Origin: Candidatus Sumerlaeia bacterium
GTDB taxonomy: Bacteria > Sumerlaeota > Sumerlaeia > SLMS01 > JANRJK01
Length of the DNA stretch: 56,985 nt
Assembly: GCA_033764015.1 (NCBI GenBank)
Contig: JANRJK010000012.1
Span: forward strand, 1-56,985
Direction of reading: 5' to 3'
Positions 20,229-30,119 of the stretch are shown in pieces; the first letter of the stretch is position 1; every line of letters starts with the position of its first letter. A program made the position numbers and the translations under genes. Below the pieces are notes generated by a model. It was given only the letters and a program-made list of their open reading frames with translations, searched no databases and was not told where the DNA came from.

Positions 20229-22256
20229 GTGGCCCAACCCGGCGGACGCGCCGCGACTCCCCACGCCATCGCCGCGCTGGCGCTGCTCCTCCTCTTCGCC
20301 GCCTTCATCAAGCTGCCCCGCCTCGCCAACCTCGACAGCATCTGGATCGACGAGTACGGCACGCTGGCGCAGGCGGTGCTGCCGCGCGCCGAGATGATCG
20401 ACAACCTCTCGCGCGACACGCTGCCTCCCGCGTCGTTCCTGATCCTGCGGGGCTGGATCATCCTCGGAGAGCGTCTCGGCGCCGAGCCCGCCCTGTGGGC
20501 GCGCCTTTTCGGACTCCTCTTCTGGCTGCCGATGATTCCCGCGGCTTTCCTCCTCGCACGACCGCTCCTCGGCGCGCCCGGCGCCTGGCTCGCGCTGCTC
20601 GCCGTCGCCATCTCGAGCCCCATGACCGACTCGACGCAGGACATCCGCGCCTATGCGATCGTGGTGCCCGGGGCGCTGGTGCTGCTCCTGCTCCTGCTCA
20701 GGGCCGCCGCCGGCGCCTCGGAGGCCGACACGCGCTGGCCGCGGCAGGCGGCCTTTTGGAGCGCCTACGCCCTTCTCGGATCGCTCTGCCTCTGGTCGCA
20801 CCAGCTCGCCGCGTTCTGGCTGGCGGTGCTCGGCGCGGGCTGGTTCGCGGCGCTCGCCGGCGTCCCCGCGGAGCGCCGCCGTCCCTTGCTCGCCTGCGGC
20901 TTCGCGGCGCAGGCCGCCATCGTCGTCGGCTTCCTGCCCTGGGTGCCCGAGATCCTCCTCCAGCGCCGCCTCCACATCGACCAGGGGACCGCGTGGATGA
21001 CCCCCGCGACGCTCTCCGAACTCTACTCGGTCTTCGCCTGGTGGCTCCCGGTCGGGCGGGTGTTCGACCGCTGGACCGGCGCCGCCACGCTGCTGCCGCT
21101 CACCGTGCTGCTGGTCCCGGCCCTGGCGCTGCGGTTCCTTCCCGCCCGCGACGGCGCGGCGGAGCAGGCGCCCGCGGCCGCGCGGGCCGCCGGCGCGAGC
21201 CTGCTGCTCGCCGCCGCCTACGTCGTGCTGACCTGGTTCATCGCCGCGCTCGAGATCGCCCGCACGTTCCACGGGCCGCGCTACACGTTCCTCGCGGCGG
21301 GCCCGTTCGCGTTCGGCATCGTGGCGATGGCCGTCGCGGCGTCGCGCGGACGGTCTCCTTGGCTGGCGTGGGCGCTTGCGGCCCCGCTGCTCGCCGCCTC
21401 GTTCCTCGGGGCCAACGCCGTCGCGCGCCAGGAGCACCACGCCGGGAGCGCGGGCTACCTCAAGAACGCCCAACCCCCCTTCGATCCCGCGACGCCAGTT
21501 TTCGTCGTGCCCGCCAACCTCTTCCAGTATCTCGCCCCAGCGCTCGACGGGTGGAACGCGCACCCGGGCACCGCGCTCTCGACCTGGGCGGAACCGGTCG
21601 AGCGGCTCATCGTCTTCGAGGCGTCGCCGTTCCCCTTCGACAAGCAGCCGGAAGACCTCCTCGTGCTGGAGCGGCTGCTCAACGCCCGGCTCGGCGAAGC
21701 GCAGAAGCGGCGCGCTCTGCCGCAAGGCGGCATGGCGCTCGCCCACGCCACGGTGATCGAGAACCCGCGCGTGGAAGAGTTTCCCACCCTGTTCGCCAAC
21801 GGCCCGCTTCCCGTCCCCCACGACACCCCGCCGGGTGCGGCATGCACAGCCTTCCCCGAGGGCCAGCGGCACCGCGACGGATGGTCGGTGATCGAGATCG
21901 ACCGCGACGGCCGCAGCTACCGCTGGGGCACCGGGTACAAGACGCTCACCCTGCGCTTCGACGGCGACGTGAAGCAGCCCGGCGACTACGTCGCGCGGAT
22001 CCGCTACTTCCGCCAGCCGTATCCGAAGGAAACGGTGCCCATCGAGTACTGGTACCGTGGCGTTCCGCGCGTCGTCGAGATGCCCGCCGGCGCGGGGACC
22101 GTCGACCTCCCGCTCCGCATCGACGAGCCGGACGCGGCGCCCGAGCTGCGCATCATCACGCCGGATTGGCGCCCCGGCGACTTCATCCCCGGCGACCCCG
22201 ACGGACGGCGGCTGACGTTCCTCTTCCAGGCGGCGTGGATCGAGCGCGCCCCGTAG
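20229..22256 (+). CDS. GT-C fold membrane glycosyltransferase (PMT/GT39-like) with C-terminal soluble domain
   Basis: SIWIDE after TM1, PP loop, SQ/TQDIRAYA, FLPW.P and many TM helices. Confidence 0.75.
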   Translation: MAQPGGRAATPHAIAALALLLLFAAFIKLPRLANLDSIWIDEYGTLAQAVLPRAEMIDNLSRDTLPPASFLILRGWIILGERLGAEPALWARLFGLLFWLPMIPAAFLLARPLLGAPGAWLALLAVAISSPMTDSTQDIRAYAIVVPGALVLLLLLLRAAAGASEADTRWPRQAAFWSAYALLGSLCLWSHQLAAFWLAVLGAGWFAALAGVPAERRRPLLACGFAAQAAIVVGFLPWVPEILLQRRLHIDQGTAWMTPATLSELYSVFAWWLPVGRVFDRWTGAATLLPLTVLLVPALALRFLPARDGAAEQAPAAARAAGASLLLAAAYVVLTWFIAALEIARTFHGPRYTFLAAGPFAFGIVAMAVAASRGRSPWLAWALAAPLLAASFLGANAVARQEHHAGSAGYLKNAQPPFDPATPVFVVPANLFQYLAPALDGWNAHPGTALSTWAEPVERLIVFEASPFPFDKQPEDLLVLERLLNARLGEAQKRRALPQGGMALAHATVIENPRVEEFPTLFANGPLPVPHDTPPGAACTAFPEGQRHRDGWSVIEIDRDGRSYRWGTGYKTLTLRFDGDVKQPGDYVARIRYFRQPYPKETVPIEYWYRGVPRVVEMPAGAGTVDLPLRIDEPDAAPELRIITPDWRPGDFIPGDPDGRRLTFLFQAAWIERAP

Positions 22257-22260
22257 CGGC

Positions 22261-23844
22261 TCAGTCCGCGCCCGGCGGGCGGCCGTCGAAGAGCAGCACC
22301 AGCGGCGCGCGCTCGAATCCCGAACGGTGCCACGCGGCGAGCGGCTCGCGGCGTCCGGCGATCAACCACTCCGAATTCCCCCAGAACCCCTTCCGGTCCT
22401 GCACCAGGTGCGCGTCGTACGGCGGCGGGCCGTCGAACACGATGTCGGTGCGCAGAATCCCCCAGGACTGCAGGATCGCGAAGGCGTCCCCCTGCAGGGC
22501 GAGCGTCTTCACCCGGGCGCCCGGCGGCACCGATTCGTTGAGACTGTCAAGCACCTCGCGGTCCAGCGCGTCGCCCCAGAAGGTGCGCTCGAAGGCGAAC
22601 TCGCCGTCCCGGACGCCGAGCGCGCGCGCGGGCAGGTTGTGGAACGAGAGCGGGAACGGGTTGAGATGGCCAGGAAGCGCGTTGGCCGCGAGGGCGGCGG
22701 CGAGGAGCCCCGCCCCCACGCGGCGGCGCGCCTGCGCAAGCCCGCCGAGCCACGGCCCGAGCCCGCGCGCCGCCAGCAGCACCGCCGGCGCGAAGGCCGG
22801 CAGGAACAGCCGGATGCCGTCGTAGCGCGGCGTGCCGGGCAGCGACGCCGCCGCCATCGGTCCCGCGGCCGCAAGCAGCAGCAGCAGGTCCGCGCGGTCG
22901 ATGCGGCGCCTCCCCAGGTGCCGGCGGAGCCGCAGGCCGATGCCCCCGGCCACCGCCGCCAGCCACCACACGGGCGCCGTCGCCGCCAGCATCGTCCAGG
23001 GATACAGCGGCGTGAGCGGCTCGCCGCCGAGGCCGCGGCGCTCCCACAGGAACCACACGGTGTAGTGCGCGTGCGCGAAGGCGAAGTCGCGGTACTCCGC
23101 CAACCGCGCGGCGGTCCCGTGCCACATCCACGGCCACAGCGCGAACGCCAGCAGCGGCGGCAGCAGCACGATCATTGACACAGTCAACAAGTCGCTGCCG
23201 CGCGGCGCTCCCGGACTCCGCCGCGAGAGCGCCGGCGCCGCCAGCGTCCACGCGGCGAACGCCACGAGGAGCACCAAGCCGTTCACCTTCGTCGCCAGCG
23301 CGAGGCCCAGGACGGCCGCCACCGCGAGCGCCCGCCGCCCGTAGGCGCCTCCGGTGCCGAGCCACAGCGCCAGCGCCACCAGCATCGCCATGGGCGTCTC
23401 GGACGCGGCCAGCTGCGCGTGCCCGAACAGCACCGGGTGCGCGGCGTAGAGCGCCGGGGCGAGCAGTGCGCGCTCCGCACCGAGCCATCGCCGCGCCGTG
23501 GCCCACAGCAGCCAAAGCGTCGCCGCGAAGCACGCCGCCGGCAGCAGCCGCAGCCGCCACAGCGTCGCGGGGGAGCCCTCGTCCCCCGCGAGCGCGAGCG
23601 CGCCGAGCCACTTCAGCAGCGGCGGCAGCTCGTTGATGCGCTCCCAACCCGCGCGGATTCCCGCGCCGGAGAGCGCGGCGCCGGGATCCTGCAGCAGCAT
23701 CACGACCCACCCCCGGACATCGAGGAACGTGGGGTAGTAGTACGCCTCGTCCCAGGTGAGCCCCGGCGCGCGCAGCAGCATCGCCGCGTAGGGCAGCAGC
23801 CCCAGCGCCGCCGCGAGCAGTCCGCACCGCGCGGCGCGCGTCAC
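22261..23844 (-). CDS. GT-C fold membrane glycosyltransferase (GT39/ArnT-like)
   Basis: LTWDEAYY, ELPPL.K, LALATK, WPW.W and YDGIRLFLP; GTG start overlaps the sfsA stop. Confidence 0.8.
   Translation of the reverse strand: MTRAARCGLLAAALGLLPYAAMLLRAPGLTWDEAYYYPTFLDVRGWVVMLLQDPGAALSGAGIRAGWERINELPPLLKWLGALALAGDEGSPATLWRLRLLPAACFAATLWLLWATARRWLGAERALLAPALYAAHPVLFGHAQLAASETPMAMLVALALWLGTGGAYGRRALAVAAVLGLALATKVNGLVLLVAFAAWTLAAPALSRRSPGAPRGSDLLTVSMIVLLPPLLAFALWPWMWHGTAARLAEYRDFAFAHAHYTVWFLWERRGLGGEPLTPLYPWTMLAATAPVWWLAAVAGGIGLRLRRHLGRRRIDRADLLLLLAAAGPMAAASLPGTPRYDGIRLFLPAFAPAVLLAARGLGPWLGGLAQARRRVGAGLLAAALAANALPGHLNPFPLSFHNLPARALGVRDGEFAFERTFWGDALDREVLDSLNESVPPGARVKTLALQGDAFAILQSWGILRTDIVFDGPPPYDAHLVQDRKGFWGNSEWLIAGRREPLAAWHRSGFERAPLVLLFDGRPPGAD
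22537..22551. repeat. Intragenic palindromic motif copy 1 (CTTGACAGTCTCAAC on minus strand)
   Basis: Plus strand GTTGAGACTGTCAAG; matches consensus CTTGACANWSTCAAC. Confidence 0.75.
23174..23188. repeat. Intragenic palindromic motif copy 2 (ATTGACACAGTCAAC)
   Basis: Read directly; encodes TTG ACT GTG TCA ATG on the minus-strand gene, codons that are rare here. Confidence 0.8.
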
Positions 23845-24665
23845 GGAGCGGCGTCCAGCAAGGGGAACGGCTCCGCGCGCCTCGACCACCCGGACGTGGC
23901 GCGGCGCTCCTCGAACCAGCGGCGGTGGCGCTCGAGGCGGTACGGCTTCAGTTCCACCGGCAGTGTGCCGCGCACCTCGATGCCTCCGAGCGTCGGCGCG
24001 CAGGAGATCGCGCGGAACCGCACGCCCGCCGCCGCGGCTTCGCGCGCGGCCCCGGCGAACGCGGGATCGTGCAGGTCGCTGGGGCGGATCGCGCGGATGT
24101 CGGCGCGCTGCGCGGTGAAGAGCACCGTCGCCCGCGCGCCCGCGGCGGCCTCGCGCGCCAGCTCGCGCAGATGCCCCGTGGCGCGCTCGCTCACGCTGTC
24201 GGGGAAGTAGCCGCGCCCGTCCGGGTAGGCAAGGTGGCAGTTCTTCACCTCGACGAAGTGCGGCCGCCCGCCGCGCTCCTCGAGCAGGAAGTCCACGCGC
24301 GAGCGTTCGCCGTAGCGCGCCTCCGCGCGGAACGCCCGCCACGCCGCGAGCCCCGGCACCGCGCGCGCCTCGATGCACGCCGCCACGATCCGGTTCGGCA
24401 TCGACGTGTCGCAGCCCACCAGCACGCCGTCCTCCTCGACCATGCGCCACGTCCACTCGAGCGCGCGCCCGCCGCCGGGGTGGTGCGAGACCCACGCGCG
24501 CGCGCCGCGGATCACGAGCGCCTCCATGCGCCCCGTGTTCACGCAGTGCGCGGTCGCGACGCGGCCGCCGGGCAGCTCGATGTCGGCGAGGAAGCGGTTG
24601 CGGCGCCCCAGCAGACGCCCCTCCACGAGCGGCGCGGGCCAGGGCACTCGGACTGGGAAGGGCAC
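23841..24665 (-). CDS. sfsA: DNA/RNA nuclease SfsA
   Basis: RRNRFLAD, AHCVNTGRM, SRVDFLL, VEVKN, FPD.VSERA..HL.EL and DP.FA. Confidence 0.93.
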   Translation of the reverse strand: MPFPVRVPWPAPLVEGRLLGRRNRFLADIELPGGRVATAHCVNTGRMEALVIRGARAWVSHHPGGGRALEWTWRMVEEDGVLVGCDTSMPNRIVAACIEARAVPGLAAWRAFRAEARYGERSRVDFLLEERGGRPHFVEVKNCHLAYPDGRGYFPDSVSERATGHLRELAREAAAGARATVLFTAQRADIRAIRPSDLHDPAFAGAAREAAAAGVRFRAISCAPTLGGIEVRGTLPVELKPYRLERHRRWFEERRATSGWSRRAEPFPLLDAAP

Positions 24666-24677
24666 GCGGGGCTCCGA

Positions 24678-25397
24678 TCAGTCCCGGGGGACGGGCTCGA
24701 AGCTCTCCGATCCGTGGCGCAGGAGCAAGAACGGCGCGCGCGCGGGGAGCCGCGGGCGGATCTCGCGGAAGGCGGAGCGCTCGATCTCCGGCGGCACGTC
24801 CGGCGCCGTCCGCGAGAGCACCACCGCGGCGACCGGCACGCCGCGCGACGCGAGCGCCTCCAGCGTGAGCAGCATGTGGTTGATCGCGCCGAGGTGCGTG
24901 CGCCCCACCACCAGCGCCGGAACGCCGAGGTCCGCCACCAAGTCGGCGAACGTGCTCTTGCGCGAAAGCGGCACCAGCGCGCCGCCGACGCCCTCGATCA
25001 GCAACGGCATGCGCTCTTCGCGCGCCGCCTCCGCCAGCGATCCAAGCCTGCGGCGCAGCGCTCCCAGCGGCAGCTTGCGCCCCTCGAGCAGCGCCGCGCT
25101 GACCGGCGCCATCGGCTCGCGGAACGCGAGGAGGGGCTGCGCGGGATCGACGCCGGCGCCGCGGAGGAACGCGCGGGCGTCCTCCTCCATCGCCGCGTGG
25201 AGCGCGAGCGCGTCGTCGTGGCGCCACACGCCGTGCGCGAATTCGCCGCCGCTCGCGACGGGCTTCACGGCGGCGGCCGCCAAGCCCTCGCGCGCGGCGC
25301 TCCGCAGCAGCGCCACGCAGCAGCGCGTCTTCCCCGCGTCCGTGTCCGTGCCCGTCACGGCGAGCACGCCGTGCCGGCGGAGCAGCTTCGCGATCAT
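24678..25397 (-). CDS. bioD: Dethiobiotin synthase
   Basis: VTGTDTDAGKT, KPVASG, IEGVGG.LVPL and LGAINH.LLT; ATGA overlap with gltB. Confidence 0.93.
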   Translation of the reverse strand: MIAKLLRRHGVLAVTGTDTDAGKTRCCVALLRSAAREGLAAAAVKPVASGGEFAHGVWRHDDALALHAAMEEDARAFLRGAGVDPAQPLLAFREPMAPVSAALLEGRKLPLGALRRRLGSLAEAAREERMPLLIEGVGGALVPLSRKSTFADLVADLGVPALVVGRTHLGAINHMLLTLEALASRGVPVAAVVLSRTAPDVPPEIERSAFREIRPRLPARAPFLLLRHGSESFEPVPRD

Positions 25398-28300
25398 ACG
25401 CCGGCCCCCTCGCGCGGAGCGGCGGCGCCTTCGAGGCGCTCGCGCGCGTCGTGCGGCACCACCCAGCGGAATCGCGGCAGCTCCGCCTCCCACGCGGCGA
25501 GGAGGCGCGCGGCGAGCGCCGAGCCCGTCTCGCGCGCGTGCTCCTCGATGAGGGCGCGGAGGCGCTCCGCGGCGGCGCCCGCCACCGGTTCGATGGCGAC
25601 CGTCTCGCGGTTCGCGCGGATCTCGAGGAGGTCCCCGGGGTCGTGGACGAAGGCTTCGCCGCCCGTCATGCCGGCGCCGAAGTTGCGCCCGAAGGGCCCG
25701 AGCACCGCCACCGCGCCGTTCGTCATGTACTCGCAGCAATGGTCGCCGGCGCCCTCGACGACGGCGGTGGCGCCGGAGTTGCGCACGGCGAAGCGCTCGC
25801 CCGCGCGTCCGCTCGCGAAGAGCCGGCCCCCGGTCGCGCCGTAGAGCGTCGTGTTGCCGATGATGACGTTCTCCTCCGCGGCGAAGGGCGCGCCGCCGGG
25901 GGGCGCGATGGCGATGAGGCCCCCCGTCATGCCCTTGGCGACGTAGTCGTTCGCCTCGCCCGCGAGCCGCAGCTCGAGGCCGCGCACGCAGAAGGCGCCG
26001 AAGCTCTGCCCCGCGGTGCCGCGGAAGTCCACCGCGATGCCGGCGCCGTCCCCCAGCCCGTCGTTGCCGTGCAGGTAGGCGATCTCGCCGGCGAGCCGCG
26101 CGCCCACCGCGCGGTCCGTGTTCTGGATTTCCGCGGAGAGGCGCGCGCGCCCCTCGCGTTCGACGATGATGTCGTGCGCGTCGACGATCAGCGCGTCGTC
26201 GATGCGGTTGTTCTCGTGGGCGCTGCGGTTGTGCGCGCGCACGCGGCGGCGGGGGCGCTTCACGTCGGGGTCGATCGGCGACAGGATCGGCGACAGGTCG
26301 AGCCGCCCCGCGCGGGGCAGCTCCGGACGCCCGACCTGCCGCAGCAGGTCCACGCGCCCGATCAGCTCGTTCAGCGAGTCGTACCCGAGCCGCGCCATGA
26401 GCTGGCGCGTCTCGGCGGCGACGAACTGGAAGTAGGCGATCAGGTTCTCCGGCGCCCCCTGGTACTTCGCCCTCAGCTCCGCCTTCGACGTCGCGATGCC
26501 GACGGGGCAGGTGTTCATGTGGCACTGGCGCGCCATCACGCAGCCGAGCGCCACCAGCGCGGCGGTGCCGAAGACGTACTCCTCCGCGCCGAGCAGCGCC
26601 GCCACCAGCACGTCGCGCCCCGTCCGCAGGCCGCCGTCCGTGCGGAGCGTCACGTGCCCGCGGCGGTTGTTGTGCACCAGCACCTGGTGCGCCTCCGCGA
26701 GGCCGAGCTCCCAGGGCGCGCCCGCGTGCTTGATGCTCGAAAGGGGCGAGGCCCCGGTGCCGCCGTCGTGGCCGCTGATGTGGATGATGTCCGCGGCGGC
26801 CTTCGCCACGCCCACCGCGATCGTGCCGACGCCCGCGGAGGCCACCAGCTTCACGCAGACGCGCGCCCGCGGATTCACCGCCTTCAGGTCCGAGATGAGC
26901 TGCGCAAGGTCCTCGATCGAGTAGATGTCGTGGTGCGGCGGCGGGCTGATCAGCGTCACGCCGGGCGAGCTGTGCCGGATCCGCGCGATCTCCCCGGAGA
27001 CCTTGTGCCCCGGTAGCTGGCCGCCTTCGCCGGGCTTGCTGCCCTGCGCCATCTTGATCTCGAGCACCTTCGCGCGCACCAGGTACTCCGTCGTCACGCC
27101 GAAGCGCCCGCTCGCCACCTGCTTGATCGCGCTGTTGGCGCTGGTGCCGTCCTCGCGCGGGTGGAAGCGCTCCGGGTCCTCGCCGCCCTCGCCGCTGTTG
27201 CTCTTGCCGCCGATCATGTTCATCGCGACGGCCAGCCCCTCGTGCGCCTCGCGGGAAAGCGAGCCGTGGCTCATCGCCGCGGTGCAGAAGCGCTTCATGA
27301 TCGACTCGACCGGTTCGACGTCGTCCAGGTCGAGCGGGTCGCGGTCCGGCGCGAACTCGACGAGGTCGCGCAGGTTCACGACGTGGCGCCCGTTCGACTC
27401 GTCGGCGAAGCGCTTGTACTCGTCCGCCTCGCCCTTGCGCACCGCGTTGTGGAGCGCCTTCACCACCGGCGGATTGTACGCGTGGTGCTCCCCCTTCGAG
27501 CGGTAGGTGAAGAAGCCGGCGCTCTCGAGGCGCGCCCCGCCGCCCGCCTCCAGCGCCGCGCGGTGGAACGCGAGGTAGATCTCCGCGACGTCCTCCAGCG
27601 TGATGCCGCCGAGCGGCGAGTGCGTGCCCGCGAACGCGAGCTGCAGCAGGTCGCGCGAGACGCCCACCGCCTCGAACACCTGCGCGCCGATGTAGCTCTC
27701 CAGCGTCGAGACGCCCATCTTCGACATGATCTTCTTCAGCCCGTCCTCGAACGCGTGCGCCGCGTTCGCCACGCCGGCGGCGCGGTCCACGCCGTCCAGC
27801 AGCGCCGGCGTCCGCTCGAGCACGTGCTCCAGCTCCTCGTACACCAGGTGCGGATGGACCGCGCTGGCGCCGTAGCCGAGCAGCGCCGCCAGCAGGTGCG
27901 TGGTGCGCACCTCGCCGCTCTCCGCGACGATCGACACGCGCGCGCGAAGCCCCTCGCGGATCAGGAAGTGGTGCAGCGCCCCGACCGCGAGCAGCGCCGG
28001 CACCGGCGCCACGCCGCCGTTCATCGCCCGGTCCGTCAGCAAGAGCACCGTCGCCCCGCGGAGCGCCGCGGCCCGCGCCGTGTCGCAGATGCGCTCCAGC
28101 GCCCGCGCCAGCCCCCGCGCGCCGTCCTCCGCCGCGAACGTGGCGTCGATCCGCTGCGCCTTCAGCGCTGGGTGGCGCGCCGACTCCAGCCACTCCATCC
28201 GCGCGGGCGTCAGCACCGGCGACGGGATGCGGACCATCTCCGCGTGCTCCTCCCCCTCGGAGAGCAGCGGGCGCCGCCGCCCGAGGTTCACGAAGAGCGA

Positions 28301-29929
28301 CATGGCGACATGCTCGCGGATCGGATCGATCGGCGGGTTCGTCACCTGCGCGAAGCGCTGCTTGAAGAAGTGGTCGAGCGGGCGCGGCAACATGCTCAGC
28401 ACCGCGAGCGGCGTGTCGTCGCCCATGGAGCCGACCGCCTCCTTGCCGCTCTTGAACATCGGGTGGAGCAGCCGCGAAAGGTCCTCCTGCGTGTAGCCGA
28501 GCATCATCTGCCGCTGCGCGAGCGGGAGGCTCGGGGCGGCCCCGGCGCGCCCGGCGGCCTCCGGGAGCGCGGCGGGCATCTCGAGCTGCCGCGCCCGGAG
28601 CCACTCGCGCCACGGGCGGCGGGCGGCCAGCTCCGCCTTGATCTCGCCGTCGTGCAGCAGGCGCCCCTGCGCCAGGTCCACGGCGATCATGCGCCCGGGG
28701 CCCAGGCGGCCCTTCTCCACCACCTCGTCGTCGTCCAGGTTCAGGATGCCGACCTCGGAGCCGAAGACGATGTGGCCGTCCGCGGTCACCTTGTAGCGCG
28801 CGGGCCGGAGCCCGTTGCGGTCCAGCGCCCCGCCGACGTAGCGACCGTCCGCGAACACCAGCGCCGCGGGCCCGTCCCACGGCTCCGCCACGCAGGAGTG
28901 GTACTGGTAGAAGGCGCGGAGGTCGTCCGAGAGCTCGGGGTCGTGCTCCCACGCCTGCGGCACGAGCATCCGGACCGCGTGCAGCACGTCGCGCCCGCCC
29001 ATCACGAGCGCCTCCAGCACGTTGTCCAGCGCGCCGGAGTCGGACATGCGGGGCTGCACCAGCGGGGCGAGCCGCGACGCGCGGCGCCCGAGCAGCGGCG
29101 ACTCGAGCTCCCGCTCGCGCCCGCGGATCGAGTTCGTGTTCCCGCTCAGCGTGTTGATCTCCCCGTTGTGCCCCAGCACCCGGTACGGGTGCGCGAGGCG
29201 CCACTGCGGGAAGGTGTTCGTCGAGTAGCGCTGGTGGAAGACCGCGAAGGACGTCGCGAAGCCGGGGTCGCTCAGGTCGTCGTAGAAGGCCCGGAGCTGG
29301 GGCCCCACGAACATCCCCTTGTAGACGATCGAGCGGCAGCTCATGGAGCAGATGTAGAATCCCTGCAGCTTGCGCGCCTCCGCGGACGCCTCGACCGCCT
29401 TGCGGCACAGGTAGATCGTGCGCTCGAACTCCTCCTCGGACATGTCCCCCGGCGCGCCGAACAGCACCTGCTCGATGTCGGGACGCGAGGCCGCCGCCGT
29501 GTCGCCGATGGCGCCTTCGTCGATGGGCACCTTCCGCCAGCCCCAGAATTCGAGCTCGTTGTGGCGCAGCGCCTCCTCGACGATCAGGCGCGCCTTCTCC
29601 CGCGCCATCATGTCCTGCATCGGGAGGAACACCATGCCGACCCCGAACAGGTCGTCGTGCCCGAGGCGCACGCCCTGGCGCGAGAGGTGCGGCTCGAAGA
29701 CGCGGCGGGGGATCTGCGTCAGGATTCCCGCGCCGTCGCCGGTGCGCGCGTCCATGTCCACCGCGCCGCGGTGCGTCAGGTTCTCGAGCGCGCGCACCGC
29801 CAGCTCCAGGATCCGCGGCGAGGGCGCCCCGTCGATCCGCGCCACGAAGCCCACGCCGCAGGCGTCCCGCTCGTCCTCCGGGCGGTACAGCGGCGGGGCG
29901 TTGTGCAGGGGATCGTGTCGGTCGGTCAT
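25394..29929 (-). CDS. gltB: Glutamate synthase large subunit
   Basis: DACGVGF, HRGA..D..TGDGAGI, HQRYSTNT, HNGEINT, QVTNPPIDP, KQVASGRFGV, EIKMAQGSKPGEGGQLPG, C...RQCH.NTCP and GERFAVRNSGA. Confidence 0.98.
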   Translation of the reverse strand: MTDRHDPLHNAPPLYRPEDERDACGVGFVARIDGAPSPRILELAVRALENLTHRGAVDMDARTGDGAGILTQIPRRVFEPHLSRQGVRLGHDDLFGVGMVFLPMQDMMAREKARLIVEEALRHNELEFWGWRKVPIDEGAIGDTAAASRPDIEQVLFGAPGDMSEEEFERTIYLCRKAVEASAEARKLQGFYICSMSCRSIVYKGMFVGPQLRAFYDDLSDPGFATSFAVFHQRYSTNTFPQWRLAHPYRVLGHNGEINTLSGNTNSIRGRERELESPLLGRRASRLAPLVQPRMSDSGALDNVLEALVMGGRDVLHAVRMLVPQAWEHDPELSDDLRAFYQYHSCVAEPWDGPAALVFADGRYVGGALDRNGLRPARYKVTADGHIVFGSEVGILNLDDDEVVEKGRLGPGRMIAVDLAQGRLLHDGEIKAELAARRPWREWLRARQLEMPAALPEAAGRAGAAPSLPLAQRQMMLGYTQEDLSRLLHPMFKSGKEAVGSMGDDTPLAVLSMLPRPLDHFFKQRFAQVTNPPIDPIREHVAMSLFVNLGRRRPLLSEGEEHAEMVRIPSPVLTPARMEWLESARHPALKAQRIDATFAAEDGARGLARALERICDTARAAALRGATVLLLTDRAMNGGVAPVPALLAVGALHHFLIREGLRARVSIVAESGEVRTTHLLAALLGYGASAVHPHLVYEELEHVLERTPALLDGVDRAAGVANAAHAFEDGLKKIMSKMGVSTLESYIGAQVFEAVGVSRDLLQLAFAGTHSPLGGITLEDVAEIYLAFHRAALEAGGGARLESAGFFTYRSKGEHHAYNPPVVKALHNAVRKGEADEYKRFADESNGRHVVNLRDLVEFAPDRDPLDLDDVEPVESIMKRFCTAAMSHGSLSREAHEGLAVAMNMIGGKSNSGEGGEDPERFHPREDGTSANSAIKQVASGRFGVTTEYLVRAKVLEIKMAQGSKPGEGGQLPGHKVSGEIARIRHSSPGVTLISPPPHHDIYSIEDLAQLISDLKAVNPRARVCVKLVASAGVGTIAVGVAKAAADIIHISGHDGGTGASPLSSIKHAGAPWELGLAEAHQVLVHNNRRGHVTLRTDGGLRTGRDVLVAALLGAEEYVFGTAALVALGCVMARQCHMNTCPVGIATSKAELRAKYQGAPENLIAYFQFVAAETRQLMARLGYDSLNELIGRVDLLRQVGRPELPRAGRLDLSPILSPIDPDVKRPRRRVRAHNRSAHENNRIDDALIVDAHDIIVEREGRARLSAEIQNTDRAVGARLAGEIAYLHGNDGLGDGAGIAVDFRGTAGQSFGAFCVRGLELRLAGEANDYVAKGMTGGLIAIAPPGGAPFAAEENVIIGNTTLYGATGGRLFASGRAGERFAVRNSGATAVVEGAGDHCCEYMTNGAVAVLGPFGRNFGAGMTGGEAFVHDPGDLLEIRANRETVAIEPVAGAAAERLRALIEEHARETGSALAARLLAAWEAELPRFRWVVPHDARERLEGAAAPREGAGV

Positions 29930-30119
29930 CGGGGGACGTCCAGTCTCGGCGCGCGCGCCTTTCGATGATGCCATCGTCGCCGGTGCGGGAATCCATCGAA
30001 ACCGCAATCAGCCGATAAAGCGTTTCCCCCGCGCGGAACCCTAGGTTGGCAAACGCCGCGCCGCGCGCTTGACTGGTGCCCCGCACCCGATGCAACGCCA
30101 CGCCGCCGGAGATGGTCCC